A DNA stretch of 64,000 nucleotides from NCBI RefSeq assembly GCF_000315625.1, contig NW_005434642.1, positions 387,399 through 451,398 of the forward strand. The letters are read 5' to 3'. Shown one piece after another: positions 47,563-59,549 of the stretch. The notes under the pieces are model-generated. The model was given only the letters and a program-made list of their open reading frames with translations, ran no database searches and was not told the DNA's origin. Both the position numbers and the translations under genes were made by a program. The DNA is from Guillardia theta CCMP2712. Lineage: Eukaryota; Protista; Cryptophyta. Position 1 is the stretch's first letter. Every line of letters starts with the position of its first letter.

Positions 47563-49455
47563 ATGCTCGCTTCACTCAAACCAGCGGCTCCTCTGCACCC
47601 TCCTGCTTTCACTCCAACAGCATGGCGTCCCTCCTTGGAGGGGTTGAACAGCAGGTTCACCCATCCAACACGGAGGAGGGGAGTATGCTCCCTGCACATG
47701 TGCAGACGGAAAGTCAGCACGTTGCGCAGGGACATAGGCGCGATTCTCATCCTCCTCTCCGCCCTCTCGTCCCTCAACTTCTCTCAGTTTTGGATCAGCT
47801 CCTTCCTAGCGGATCGCGAGCTGACGACGCTGCAGGCAGCAATCAGCTCAGATTGCACTCTGATGCAAAGTACTCGGGACATTCTACAGGCGAACTTCGT
47901 TGACTGGACGGGTAGATCGAGGAATATACAGCAGCTGGCAACGTGCAGAGCTGAGGGAACGTTGACCGATCGTCAGATGATTGACGGAGACACTTTGTCG
48001 GACGTTCTGAGGAGACTGGATGACAAGTACACAAGACTTGTGTCAGAGACAGAGATGAAGACAATGATGCGGCAGTTCGACAACCTTGGTGCTGGTATGG
48101 TCTTGTCAACCATGACAGTTGGCGAGAAGGGGGCAGACAGAGTGGAGAGTTGCGCAGGAGGAGACTTGTTCGTTGGATACACGACTCGCGATCAAGACGG
48201 TCTGCGTCGCGGGGATCAAGTTGTTGGAATCAACGGACGAGATATGAGGTGCCGTTCAAGGTTTGAAGCAGCGGAACTGTTGCAGACTTCGTCTGGGATG
48301 ATGGAACTTGAAGTCATCCGAGAGGGAAAGTCAGTACAAAACAATCTCTTACTCCCTCAGCGCTCCTCGGTCTTTGCAACACGACACAAGACGGGGAGAG
48401 CAGCGCCCCTCTACCATGAAGTCAAGCAGGTCAAGGGCAGGAAGGTAGCATACGTCAAGGTCCCGCAGTTCACCGCTGGTGTTGCCCGATCCTTTGACGC
48501 TGCTCTCGCAGAGGTGGAGGGTCAGGATGTTGAGGTACTCTGAGGAGGAGATGGTAGCTGGTGTGATCCGATAGCAGGCGCTAGTGCTCGATGTGCGAGG
48601 GAACAAGGGCGGCCTTGTGTTTGAGGCGCAGCAGATTGCTGTGATAGTTGCTCTTGCTCCTGTGACTCTGGTCACACTGTTGTAGGGTTTGGTGCATGGG
48701 GAAGGGAAGCCGTTTGTGCGAGTGATTGGGAAAGGGGGGAGGAGTTGGATGCTGAAGACAGAAGGCCTCGTTGACAAGAGATCAGATTTGTTGGCCAGCG
48801 ACATTCCGGTCGTTGTCCTGGTTGATGAGGAGAGGTGGAGTGAGGGCGTGCGTGTGGGCTGAGCGACGAGGAGTGATATTTGTCCTCCCCAGCGCGAGCG
48901 CTAGCGAGTTCCTTGCAGTCTCGCTGAGAGAGGAGAGGAACGCGGTGAGTCTCCGGCTGCTGCCCCCTGACTCGGCTGCTGACTGCAGTGCGCAGAAGGT
49001 CTACGGCAAGAAGACCTTCGGCAAAGCTCTTGTTCAAGGTCTGTTCTCGCTGCCGCAGGGCCGAGGTCACATGTTCATAACTGTCGCCGAAGTGAAGGCG
49101 CCAAGGACAGGAATCATGTAAGGAGGAGGCGGAGAAGGGAGACGAGGAAGAGACGGAGGGAGGAGGGGGGAGGGAGGGGGGAAGGAACCAGAGGTTCGAG
49201 GGCCCGAGGTACATGGAAGGAGTAGGGGGAGAATGCCGCTAAGTTTCCTGATTGTCGCTCAGGTGGCAAGGGAAAGGATTGGATCCCGATTCTGTAGTAG
49301 ATTTTCTTCTTCCATCTTTCTTGCCTTATGTCCCCACGCTGGATTTCGATTCGTTGCATGCTGAAGCAAAGATCGATCGGAGAGAGGATGTTTCTCCCTC
49401 CCTCTCCTCGTTCTCCTGTTCCACGTTCTGGGCTTGTGGATGGGACGAGCGTTGA
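47563..49455 (+). CDS. ctpA: C-terminal processing peptidase S41A (CtpA-like) with PDZ domain
   Basis: LDDKYTR, PDZ GDQVVGING, LVLDVRGNKGG, catalytic Ser in SASASE, catalytic Lys in TFGKALVQ, and GKGLDPD. The N-terminus is unresolved. Confidence 0.85.
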
Positions 49456-49975
49456 TCATCGGTCACTGAGTGCTGGTAGTCCATCCTCTCCTCCCGGAGT
49501 CCAGGATCTACAGCCGATCTCACTAGAGCAGGGCACACATGAATTTCTGGACATTCAAAGTTTGTACAAGCACTGAGAAGAAATAAACAAACACGTCAGT
49601 CATGAATGGAGATAAGAATCATGCAAGCTTTTCTCCGAAGCAGCCAGTCACCGGTAAAAGACAGGCTCCCCTCAGATTTGATTTATGCAAAAATTGAGGG
49701 CAGAAGACTTCTTTGACTTTGTACTACTGAAAACTCCTCAAATGAGTTTGTGCCCTCAAAGCGCTGTCAGTACGGCATGAAGACGCAATGTGGGAGAGGA
49801 GAGGAGAGGAATGGAGTGGAGAGGTTGGAGAGGGAAAGAGGAGAGCAGAGAAGGGAGGAGGAGAAGACAAGAGGGGAGCATACTAAGATAGAAGAGTAGC
49901 GAAGGGGGGGCAAGGGGAGGTAAGTTGAGTCCATCTGTGAGGGGAGGGCAAGTGGAGGCGACAGGAAGGGAGGAC

Positions 49976-52900
49976 ATGGCAGGTTGGATACTCACTGCAG
50001 TGGGAGCATGCGACGAGATGGTGATCGAGATGATCCTACATGTGCTTGCTATCTGCATCATTCCCCTCGGACTCGTCAGAACGTCAGTGGCAGAGGGAGC
50101 GAGGAGCAGCACGACAAGAGCCATGGAATGGCTTCTCTGCGGCTCAGTGTTCCTGGTGTGCATGTGCGAGTATACTCTATGCCTGTGCTCCCTGCTGTCG
50201 GGCGACGTCAGCGGAGAATCTCATGCCGAGGAAGCTTCACTGTACATGAACGTCTCGGGCGTCGCATGCTTGAGCGCGTCCCTGTGCTTCTTCCGCCTTG
50301 TTGAGTTCGCAGGCGTCCGGCGCAACCTTCCCCTGCTCGCATGGCTGGTGATCGACTTGCTAGCTGTCGCTCCTCGGTGTGCGGCCGTGCTGAGCAGAGG
50401 AAGCACCATTCCTGCGCTGCCGAGAGCCGCGATGATGGCCTCCATGGCTGCACGTCTTGCCTGCCTTTTGGGGCTAGGTGTGGTAGGGGTGTGTCGATAC
50501 CGCGGGAAGGAGCAACAGGACAAGGAAGGAGCAACGACGTCGCAGCACAACTTTGACTCGCACGAGGACCTGGCGGAGAGTGCTGAAACTGGATTTCTTG
50601 ACAGGAAGGAGTTTTCCCTCGGCAAGGCATACGAAGACATTCCCTTCCTTTCACAGCTCCTGTTCCTCTGGCAGAACAAGACCCTGTGCGCATCCCAGGT
50701 TCGGAAACTTTTCTGCGGAGACATCGTCGTCGCTCCTTGCGAGGCAGATCCTCCGATCCTCCTCAGCTCGTTCCTGACGCTGTGGGGGAGGAGGAGGACC
50801 CTGTATCTCCTGCTCCTCGACTTCTCGGGCGTGTCAGTGTCGATGATCTTCTGCGTGAAGTTGGTCTCAGATGTGCTAGTTCTCATCTCCTTCTTTCTCG
50901 TTGGCCAGATGCTCCGTCCTGAGCTTTTCTCGCCATCAGGCGCCAACACGGCGGTCTCGAGGAAGGACGTCGTTCTGCACAGTGTGTCTGTGGTCGGATG
51001 CATTGCTCTTGCGATGTTTCTGCGGAGCCAAGGGAGATTCTTCCTTTCGTCGGAGGTGATCAAAGTCAAGACACTGCTCTCGTCTGGGGTTTACAATGCT
51101 CTCTTACACCACGTAAGGGTAGAAACTCATCTCTACACGTCTCGCTATCAGGCTGTGCAGGACCCAGACGTGCTTGCAAGGTCCTTTGGGTCTCTGACCT
51201 CCCTCTTGAACTCCCTCACGATGCTGCTGCTGTGCTTCATCGGGTGCTGCCACCTCCTCGGTCGGGTTGCTGTTGTTGTGATGACGCTGCTCCTCTTGGC
51301 CGGGGTGATCGTGGGGTCTGGATTGGTGTGCTTCCAAAGCTCGACGAGGAGGAGGATGAAGTCTTCGCAGGCGTCGAGGAGGTCTGCATGGAGACAGCAC
51401 ACGGAGGGTATCATCACACTCAAGCATTTCGGGTGGGAGGCACAGTTTGCAGAGAGAGTAGCGGCCTTGCAAAGGGGGGAGGAAAGACTCCTCGGCCGTC
51501 TCGAAATGTTTGCTGGGACAGAGGTCCTTTTCATCACTTCACTCTGGGTCGTGTCGTACTCCTCCCTTGCCTTCGCTGTTATGGTGGCGCAGGAGCATTG
51601 CAAAGAAGCATCCCACTGCGTTTCAGGAGAGAAGATGATCTCCTCCCTCCTCCTCTTGTTTTGTTTTGTTCGTCAGATGTGCATGTCCTACGAACATGCA
51701 AAAAGGGTCTTGGCAGCAAGAATGGCGTACAGGAGGCTTGAGCGCATGTTGCAGGAGGATCAGGGCAGCGGCATGCAGAGACGCCTTGCACAATCTCAAG
51801 GCTCTGCAGCAGACACGAAGAACCATGCTGTGGTGCTGCAGCATGTGTCGGTGGGATGGAGGAGGAAAACAGCTTGTTCCCCCCTCGCCCACTTCCTCGA
51901 CCCCCTGGAGAGAAGATCGGAGGAGGAGAACGAGTCGGTGCTGAGTGGCAGGGAGACCGATACGTCATGCCAGGCTGACTCCACCAGGCTCCTCCCATTG
52001 CTCACAGGACCGAGGAAGCGAGAGGAGGCGGAGGATGCTGAGGAGGAAGCTTTCCTCCCTGTCCTTCGCAATGTGAATCTCCGGGTGGAGCGAAGGTCAC
52101 AGATGTTCGTACTAGGAGACGAAAAGTCTGGCAAGACGACGTTACTCCTGTCTCTCTTCGGTCAGAGTGCGGTGGGGAACGGGTCAGTGCATGTCAGCAG
52201 GTGCGTCGCTTACTGCTCCCCCGACCCCTGGGTGGTGGACGGCGTGAGTGTCAAGGAAAACATCGTCCTTGGCAGGGCCTTCGACCCTAGCAGGTTCTAC
52301 GCCGTTGCCAAGGCCTGCGGGCTGAACTTCCATCGACGGGATCGGAGGGTAGCAGAAAAGCATGAGGAGCTGGACCTCTACGAGCACCAAGTCCTCCGCT
52401 CCTCTACCTGCAGCGAGGACCTCTGCTGTCGCGTCACGCTGGCAAGGTGCCTGCTGGAGGACGCGGAAGTCTTGTTGCTCGACGAGCCGCTCAGGAGTCT
52501 TCCCTTCGGCCTCCGGCTGCTCCTCCTGCGGCGGGTGACGCAGAGCCCCGTGGTCAGGAGGGCGACCTTGCTCTTCAGCTCGAGGGACTTCCGCTTCGCC
52601 GAGCTCTTCCCCTCCGTCGCTCTCCTCCGCGGGGGATTCCTCACCATTGTCTCCTCGCAGGAAGACTTCCGACGTCTCGTCCTCGAGCGTCAGGGCTCCA
52701 GGTGCGCCGTCCCCGAGTTGGCCGAGCACTCCCCCACCTGCTCCGCCAGCTGCTTCGACAGGCTGCCAGCGGGGCCCCCGCACATTCCGCAAACTTGTCA
52801 CTGCCAGGCCCCCCACGGACTCGTCGCGTCCAGCTCGCGTCCAGGAGGCCAGTCCTTTGAGGCTCTGAGGGAGCTGGGAGGAGGAGGTGGTCGAGCTGTC

Positions 52901-55578
52901 GTCTGCTTGCTGCTGATGGGATGCCTGCTGGGCAAGATGGGGGACGTGATGATGGCTGAGAGCGTGAAGTTCACGAACTCGACGATGGTAGTCGTGGGGC
53001 GGCAGCGTACGAGGGAGGGGAGGGGGAGAGAGCTTCCGGTCCGATCAGAGGCTGACGGGACTGTATGGCCTCCCTGCGCAGACTCCAAGGTCGTCGAGGC
53101 GATGGCGGACCTGATTTCCCCTTTCGACTTGCCGTCGACCTTCCTGCTCTTGAACGGACTGGCCCTGTTGGCAGTCCTGATCGCCGTCCTGTTCTCCTAC
53201 AACCTCTCGAGCCATGTGAACAAGGTGAGAGTTCTCTCCTGACCTCCTTGACCGCATCCTCTGACCTCTCCCCCATCGTCTCAGAGCCTCCGTCGTCGGA
53301 TCCTGCTTGCATTCACGGCCGCCAAGTGCGAGGTGCTGCAGACGCTGATGCAGAGCGAAGGGTTCGCATGCCTCCTCGAAAGATCTCTGGTGTGGAGGAA
53401 GCATGTAAGGTGCCTCCTCCTGCCCCTCCTCAGCATCGTCGTTCTCCTGTGCTCTTTCATACTCGTCGCTGCCGTCCTGCCCATCTCGACTGCCCCCCTC
53501 GTGCTCACGATGTGGGTCTACTCCAAGACCGTCTCCCAGTCCTCTCGCGGGGTCCTGGAGGTGCAAAGGCTGCAGCAAGACTACCTGATGCAGCTTGCCG
53601 ACCACCAGTGGAAGACCCTCGTCGGAGCCTACGATCTTCGGGCTGCGGAGGGCTCCCTCTCCTCCCCCATGGCGCACAAGTTCAACCTGCTCCTCAGAGT
53701 CTCCTCCTCCATTGAGTTCACTCTAGCGGGCGTGCGGGGGTGGAGGAGGATGCGAACGGAGTCCCTTGCTATCCTCCAGCTCGCGCTCGTTCTCTCTGCC
53801 ATCCTGCTGGACCTCACCCGCCAACCGTCCTCGCCGCCCCCCCCAGCTGAGCAGGAGCAGTCTCCCCTAGCAGAGGAGGAGCAGGTGTTTCACGCATCTC
53901 GGCATGTCAGCTTCGTGGCGATCAGCATCCTCAACTCGTTCTTCGCCATGTGGATCATGGTGGACCTCTCCGGCCTCCTCGCACGCGTCGACGAGCTCCT
54001 CCTCAGCCAGCAGGACTTCCAGCTCCTGGCCGAGCTGGAGCCGGAGGACAAGCTCTCCTCCTCCTCCCCTACTGCAGACCACCCTGTTGAGGCCCTTCGG
54101 AGCATCTTGCGCGAGAAGCTGAAGGCCTTCGGCAACAGAGCATGGTGGAAGTTCTGGGGAGGGAGGAGCAGAGGAGGGAGGGAGCAGCATGCGACCGATG
54201 TAAGCTACAAGTCGCTCAGCTCCCCGACCAAGAACTCCGACCTGCTCCTCGAGGGTCTCGAGCTCTCTGCTGGAGATCCTCATCATCCTGAAGGGGTCAA
54301 GCTGGACGTCAGGATCCCAGCAGGACACGTGCTGCTTCTCAAGTCTGCCATCTTCCAGGACGGGCCCAGCTTGACTGGCATGCTGGGGGGGACGAGCGGC
54401 ATGGGGAGGGGAAGCATGCACCTCGGGGGGGTGGACATGTCGAAGCTGCCGCTGGTGAAGCTCAGAAAGCTGGTGACAGTTGTGCCGAGGAGAAAGTTTG
54501 TGCTGTCTGGTACGGTCCGAGAGAACATCGACCTGCTGGGGAAGGCGCAGGGCGACTGGCAGTTGTGGGCCGCCCTAGAGCAGTGCCACTTCGCCGACGT
54601 GGTGAGGAGATGGCCGGCGAGACTGGACGAGAGAGTTTGCGGTGAAGAAGTACAGGTTGGAAGCAGGATGCGCAAGCTGTCACGTTACGAGCAGGAGATG
54701 GTATGCCTCGTGCGGGCCATGTTTGCAGCGGACGTGCAGGTGAAGGATGCGGAGAGGAGGAGGGAAAAGAGGGGAGAGGGAGGAGCGGAAAGGAGGAAAG
54801 GAGGGACGAGAAGAGGAGGAAGGGAGAACGGGGAGCAGGGAACGAGGGAAGGAGAGGAGGGAAGAGGGAGGGTAAGGAGAGGAGGGAGGAGGGAGGGGAG
54901 ACTTACCTTGCGGGGTTGCAGGAGTCTTCCATCATGTGCATCGACAATGTGGAGGAGATATCAGACGAGCAGACAAGGAACTTGATCCTCCGACGGCACC
55001 TGATGTTCGGCATGACAGTAATCGTCTCCTGCACTCGTTCTTCCCTCATCCCCTCCGACGTCGAGAACCTCCATGCTCTCCTCTTGGACGACGAGGAGCC
55101 GATCGAGTCGGAGACGGCAAGTGACGATGTCGGGAGCGCAAGCGAGGAGGGGAGTGACTACTTGAGCGCAAGCGAGAGCGACTTCACGGCTGCTGGGACG
55201 AAGCTCAGGAGCGACGAGTTGCCTGCTGCTGGTATGGGAGGACAAGGGAGGAGGAGGAGGAGGAGGGAGACAGGAAGGGAGGAAGCAAGAAGACAACTGA
55301 TCACACTAGCGAGGATGGAGGGAGGGGTTGGGATGTAGCAACGCTACAGGGAGCGAAGAGTAGGAGAGGGGGAGGGAGGGGGAGTTGGCATGAGGGATGC
55401 GGAAACGGGCTGGTGCTGATTGGCAGAAGCAGGTGCGAAGAAGCATCGGAAGGGTACAGGGCGAATGATCTGGAGCGGAATCAAGTCAGGGATCAAGGGA
55501 GGAGTGAAGACGGTTAGGAAAGCCAGCTATCTAAGCATGCAGCTGTACGAGGGGAAGTCGAAAGGAGGTGTAGAGTAG
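49976..55578 (+). CDS. Highly divergent full-size ABCC/MRP-type ABC transporter
   Basis: TMD0-TMD1-NBD1-TMD2-NBD2 layout. Motifs: GIITLKHFGWE, GDEKSGKTT, AYCSPDPWV..SVKENIVLG, LLLDEPL, LRKLVTVVP..LSGTVRENID. The last exon ends GGVE-TAG at 55576-55578. Confidence 0.85.
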
Positions 55579-57008
55579 ATATTGTACAAGTTTCTTGTAT
55601 TCTTTGAGATGAACATATTCACATCAGCATCCTCGTCTTATTCACATTCTCCATCACCCAGCTATCTAAGCATGCAGCTGTACGAGGGGAAGTCGAAAGG
55701 AGGTGTAGAGTAGATATTGTACAAGTTTCTTGTATTCTTTGAGATGAACATATTCACATCAGCATCCTCGTCTTATTCACATTCTCCATCACCCAGCTAT
55801 CTAAGCATGCAGCTGTACGAGGGGAAGTCGAAAGGAGGTGTAGAGTAGATATTGTACAAGTTTCTTGTATTCTTTGAGATGAACATATTCACATCAGCAT
55901 CCTCGTCTTATTCACATTCTCCATCACCCAGCTATCTAAGCATGCAGCTGTACGAGGGGAAGTCGAAAGGAGGTGTAGAGTAGATATTGTACAAGTTTCT
56001 TGTATTCTTTGAGATGAACATATTCACATCAGCATCCTCGTCTTATTCACATTCTCCATCACCCAGCTATCTAAGCATGCAGCTGTACGAGGGGAAGTCG
56101 AAAGGAGGTGTAGAGTAGATATTGTACAAGTTTCTTGTATTCTTTGAGATGAACATATTCACATCAGCATCCTCGTCTTATTCACATTCTCCATCACCCA
56201 GCTATCTAAGCATGCAGCTGTACGAGGGGAAGTCGAAAGGAGGTGTAGAGTAGATATTGTACAAGTTTCTTGTATTCTTTGAGATGAACATATTCACATC
56301 AGCATCCTCGTCTTATTCACATTCTCCATCACCCAGCTATCTAAGCATGCAGCTGTACGAGGGGAAGTCGAAAGGAGGTGTAGAGTAGATATTGTACAAG
56401 TTTCTTGTATTCTTTGAGATGAACATATTCACATCAGCATCCTCGTCTTATTCACATTCTCCATCACCCAGCTATCTAAGCATGCAGCTGTACGAGGGGA
56501 AGTCGAAAGGAGGTGTAGAGTAGATATTGTACAAGTTTCTTGTATTCTTTGAGATGAACATATTCACATCAGCATCCTCGTCTTATTCACATTCTCCATC
56601 ACCCAGCTATCTAAGCATGCAGCTGTACGAGGGGAAGTCGAAAGGAGGTGTAGAGTAGATATTGTACAAGTTTCTTGTATTCTTTGAGATGAACATATTC
56701 ACATCAGCATCCTCGTCTTATTCACATTCTCCATCACCCAGCTATCTAAGCATGCAGCTGTACGAGGGGAAGTCGAAAGGAGGTGTAGAGTAGATATTGT
56801 ACAAGTTTCTTGTATTCTTTGAGATGAACATATTCACATCAGCATCCTCGTCTTATTCACATTCTCCATCACCCAGCTATCTAAGCATGCAGCTGTACGA
56901 GGGGAAGTCGAAAGGAGGTGTAGAGTAGATATTGTACAAGTTTCTTGTATTCTTTGAGATGAACATATTCACATCAGCATCCTCGTCTTATTCACATTCT
57001 CCATCACC
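55524..57008. repeat. Perfect tandem array of 11 x 135-bp units
   Basis: The unit CAGCTATCTAAGC...CTCCATCACC starts at 55524, 55659 ... 56874; no differences seen between copies. Confidence 0.98.
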
Positions 57009-57020
57009 CTGCGGCTTCCT

Positions 57021-58217
57021 TCACCTCTCTTCGAACTGCGCCAAGATCTGCTCGACTTGTTCGAAGTGCTTCCTGACAGTCTGCCTTATCTTTGCGTTGC
57101 TCAAGGCTGCGGTAAACGTGAGTGTTGGATGGAGGTAAGTTTCATCCCTTACCCTGCCTCTGAACCTCCACCGGTTTCAGGAAGTCGTGAGTGGGTAGCT
57201 CCCATCTCTCGGCGGTGAAAGGAGCCAAGCTCTCCACAAGCAGCAGCCTCCTCTGCGAGGGCAAGGTAGTCAGAGCACGACAAAAGCACGAGAGGTCGCT
57301 ACCGAAGTGTTGGAAGAGGATGGAGCTGGTGTGGTAGAGAGGACAGTCGTCGTCATGTTGGCGACGGGCACGCTTGAAGGAGAGGACGGAGAGGGGGAGG
57401 AGGGGGAGGAGGTGGTAGGCGAGGAGGAGGAGGGAGCCGGAGTTGTTGTCACTGTCGCGTTCGCTCTTGCAGCAAGGCATTCAGCTGTCGTCTGTGTGAA
57501 GACAAGGGCGCAGTCGATGCTCGATACGCTGCTCCCCGGAGTGATTCCCAGCGATCGCCCGACGATAACGCCGATGATGGCGAGGATGAGCAGGAGGACA
57601 AGGCACATGATGAGCTTGTCCGTTGCCAACTTTCTTCCGATGTCTCTGATCTGTTTGGTTGCTCTCTTCAGATTCCCCTGCACACTCTCAACATCCGAGT
57701 TAGTTTGCCTGATTTGCTCTGTTTGCCCCTTGAGGTTCATGTTCGTCTCAGTACCCATCTTCTCCATCTCGTCAACCAACTTCCCTGTGCGGAACAGAGC
57801 GTTCGCAGTGTTCTGCTGAACTTTCTTTCCCTCCTCAATGATCTCGTTCCCGCTGGTCGTCTCGTCGATGATGGGCTTCTTGACCGCCCCTTTCATCAAC
57901 TCTCTCTTAGCAATGATGTTCTTCGTCGACTCCACCTGCTGGTTGAGCTTCGAAATGTTCACATTGTGCTCCTTCCCTTTCTGCTCGTAGATGTTGTACT
58001 TTTCACGGCCGATCTCCTTGGCCACCGACCGGAGCTCTATGCGGAAGTTGGAGACAATGTCCTTAGCGCGGTTCATCTTCTCCTCTACGGTGTTGAGCTT
58101 CTCCTCCACTTCAGCCGGCGGCGCCTTCTTCTTCGCTGTGAGCTCATCCAGCAGCGCCTTGACATCTGTCTGGATCGTCTCCAGCTCCTCGTTCAGCCAG
58201 TCAATCTCTTCCGACAT
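57021..58217 (-). CDS. NPSN: NPSN-type Qb-SNARE with extended luminal tail
   Basis: N-terminal helical bundle, SNARE motif (LKGQTEQI) and IGRKLATDKLIMCLV followed by a TM helix, resembling plant NPSN. Two 3' introns (about 57255-57302 and 57108-57152) add RRLLLVES...QFEER*. Confidence 0.85.
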
Positions 58218-58619
58218 CTTGTAATCGTTGGTTTACTTTCTCGCGATTGTTATTCAGCTCGCATCAACGCTGGATGGTCCTCTCCTCGTGCAACAGCCGG
58301 TAAGTCAGTTGCTCGCTCAGATCGGTCTTGTACGATGAATGATCCAGTGGAATGCGAAGGTCTCAAGGGAGGGGGACAGGTCTTGAGAGCTTTAGGAGGA
58401 TCAAATATTCGAAGTGCACGACTTACAAACTTAGCAAGTTATCGCTCGCGGCAAACTCGACGTGCAGATCAGAGGAGATACAGTTGCTCTCCTGACTTCG
58501 TCTCGCCTCTCGTCGTCAGCCTCTGTTCTGCTCCCTCCTCCTCTCTCCCGCTCTCCTCTCTAACTCTGCTCGCCGCCGCCAGTCGCTCGCGCACAGGACA
58601 TGGGGAACAGAAAGAAGGA

Positions 58620-59280
58620 GTAGAAGGGGGTAGAGAACGGTGGATATGTAGGGTGGGGGTGGGGGTGGCTGGGGGGGATGCCGGGTATACAGGGTGGTGA
58701 TTTCCATGGAGGTGTAGTGGGGGTAGTAGTAGGTGGGGTAGTTCAAATTTGAAGAGGGTATATTCGAAGGGTGGTGGGGTACACAATGGATATGTTTTGA
58801 GGGGTAAGGAGGGGGGAATGATGGGGTGAGTTATTGAAAAAGGAGGGGTGGAGTGTTCACAAAAAGCTAATTGAGGGGGATGTTTCTCTGAGAAGGTGGG
58901 TGGTCTGATGGTGATGACAGGGTGGGGGTAGTAATCCGGGGAGGGCGGATTCAAATGATATTAAACCCTGATCTAAACCACCCCTACCCCCTTCATATAC
59001 TTGATTTATGGGACCCGAAAGGAACTCTAGGTATAGGGTTTAGTTTTACAAGTTCCAGGGTATCTAAACCTATCTCTTCATGTCACTGACCCACCCTGTC
59101 ATCAGGCAACGCGCTGACACCGGTACTGAATGCTTGACCACCCCTACACTGTCTGATGTACCCGTGTGTCAGAGTCAAAAGTACCCGTCATTGTGCCTTT
59201 TGATATGACTATCCTTCTGCCAGTACCCCGCTCAAATGGACCCACCCCCCTCCTACCAAGACTACTCTAAACAGAGAACT
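58620..59280. promoter_or_regulatory. Bidirectional word block between the divergent NPSN and PI4K genes, polarity flips near 58960
   Basis: G-rich words at 58620-58950, C-rich words at 58965-59270. Confidence 0.55.
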
Positions 59281-59549
59281 CTAAACAAATCGACAAAGTC
59301 GGGAGCCAATGGTGAGCAAGGCGGAGAGTGGGGAGGGGACGCAGGACGAGAGAGGTGACATGGAGACAGGAGGCTGAAACCTCCTTCTCGTGCTAGGTTT
59401 CTTAGCCCAGGGCAAGACTTATCCATGTGGCTAGCTCGCAACTAACAGAGCATGAAGATGCAGCCAGTATTTTTCAAGATGGAAAGTTGTTCAGTATAGC
59501 GCCAGAGTTGTATCAAGGTATCGCGGGTCTTTTCTTTAGGTGAGGCACG

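Noticed and set aside
3297-49455. Functional cluster of five plastid-targeted genes
   Set aside because: They are interspersed with unrelated genes, and this proportion is unremarkable for an algal nucleus.
55524-57008. Possible CRISPR array
   Set aside because: Units are identical head-to-tail with no unique spacers, there are no cas genes, and the context is eukaryotic.
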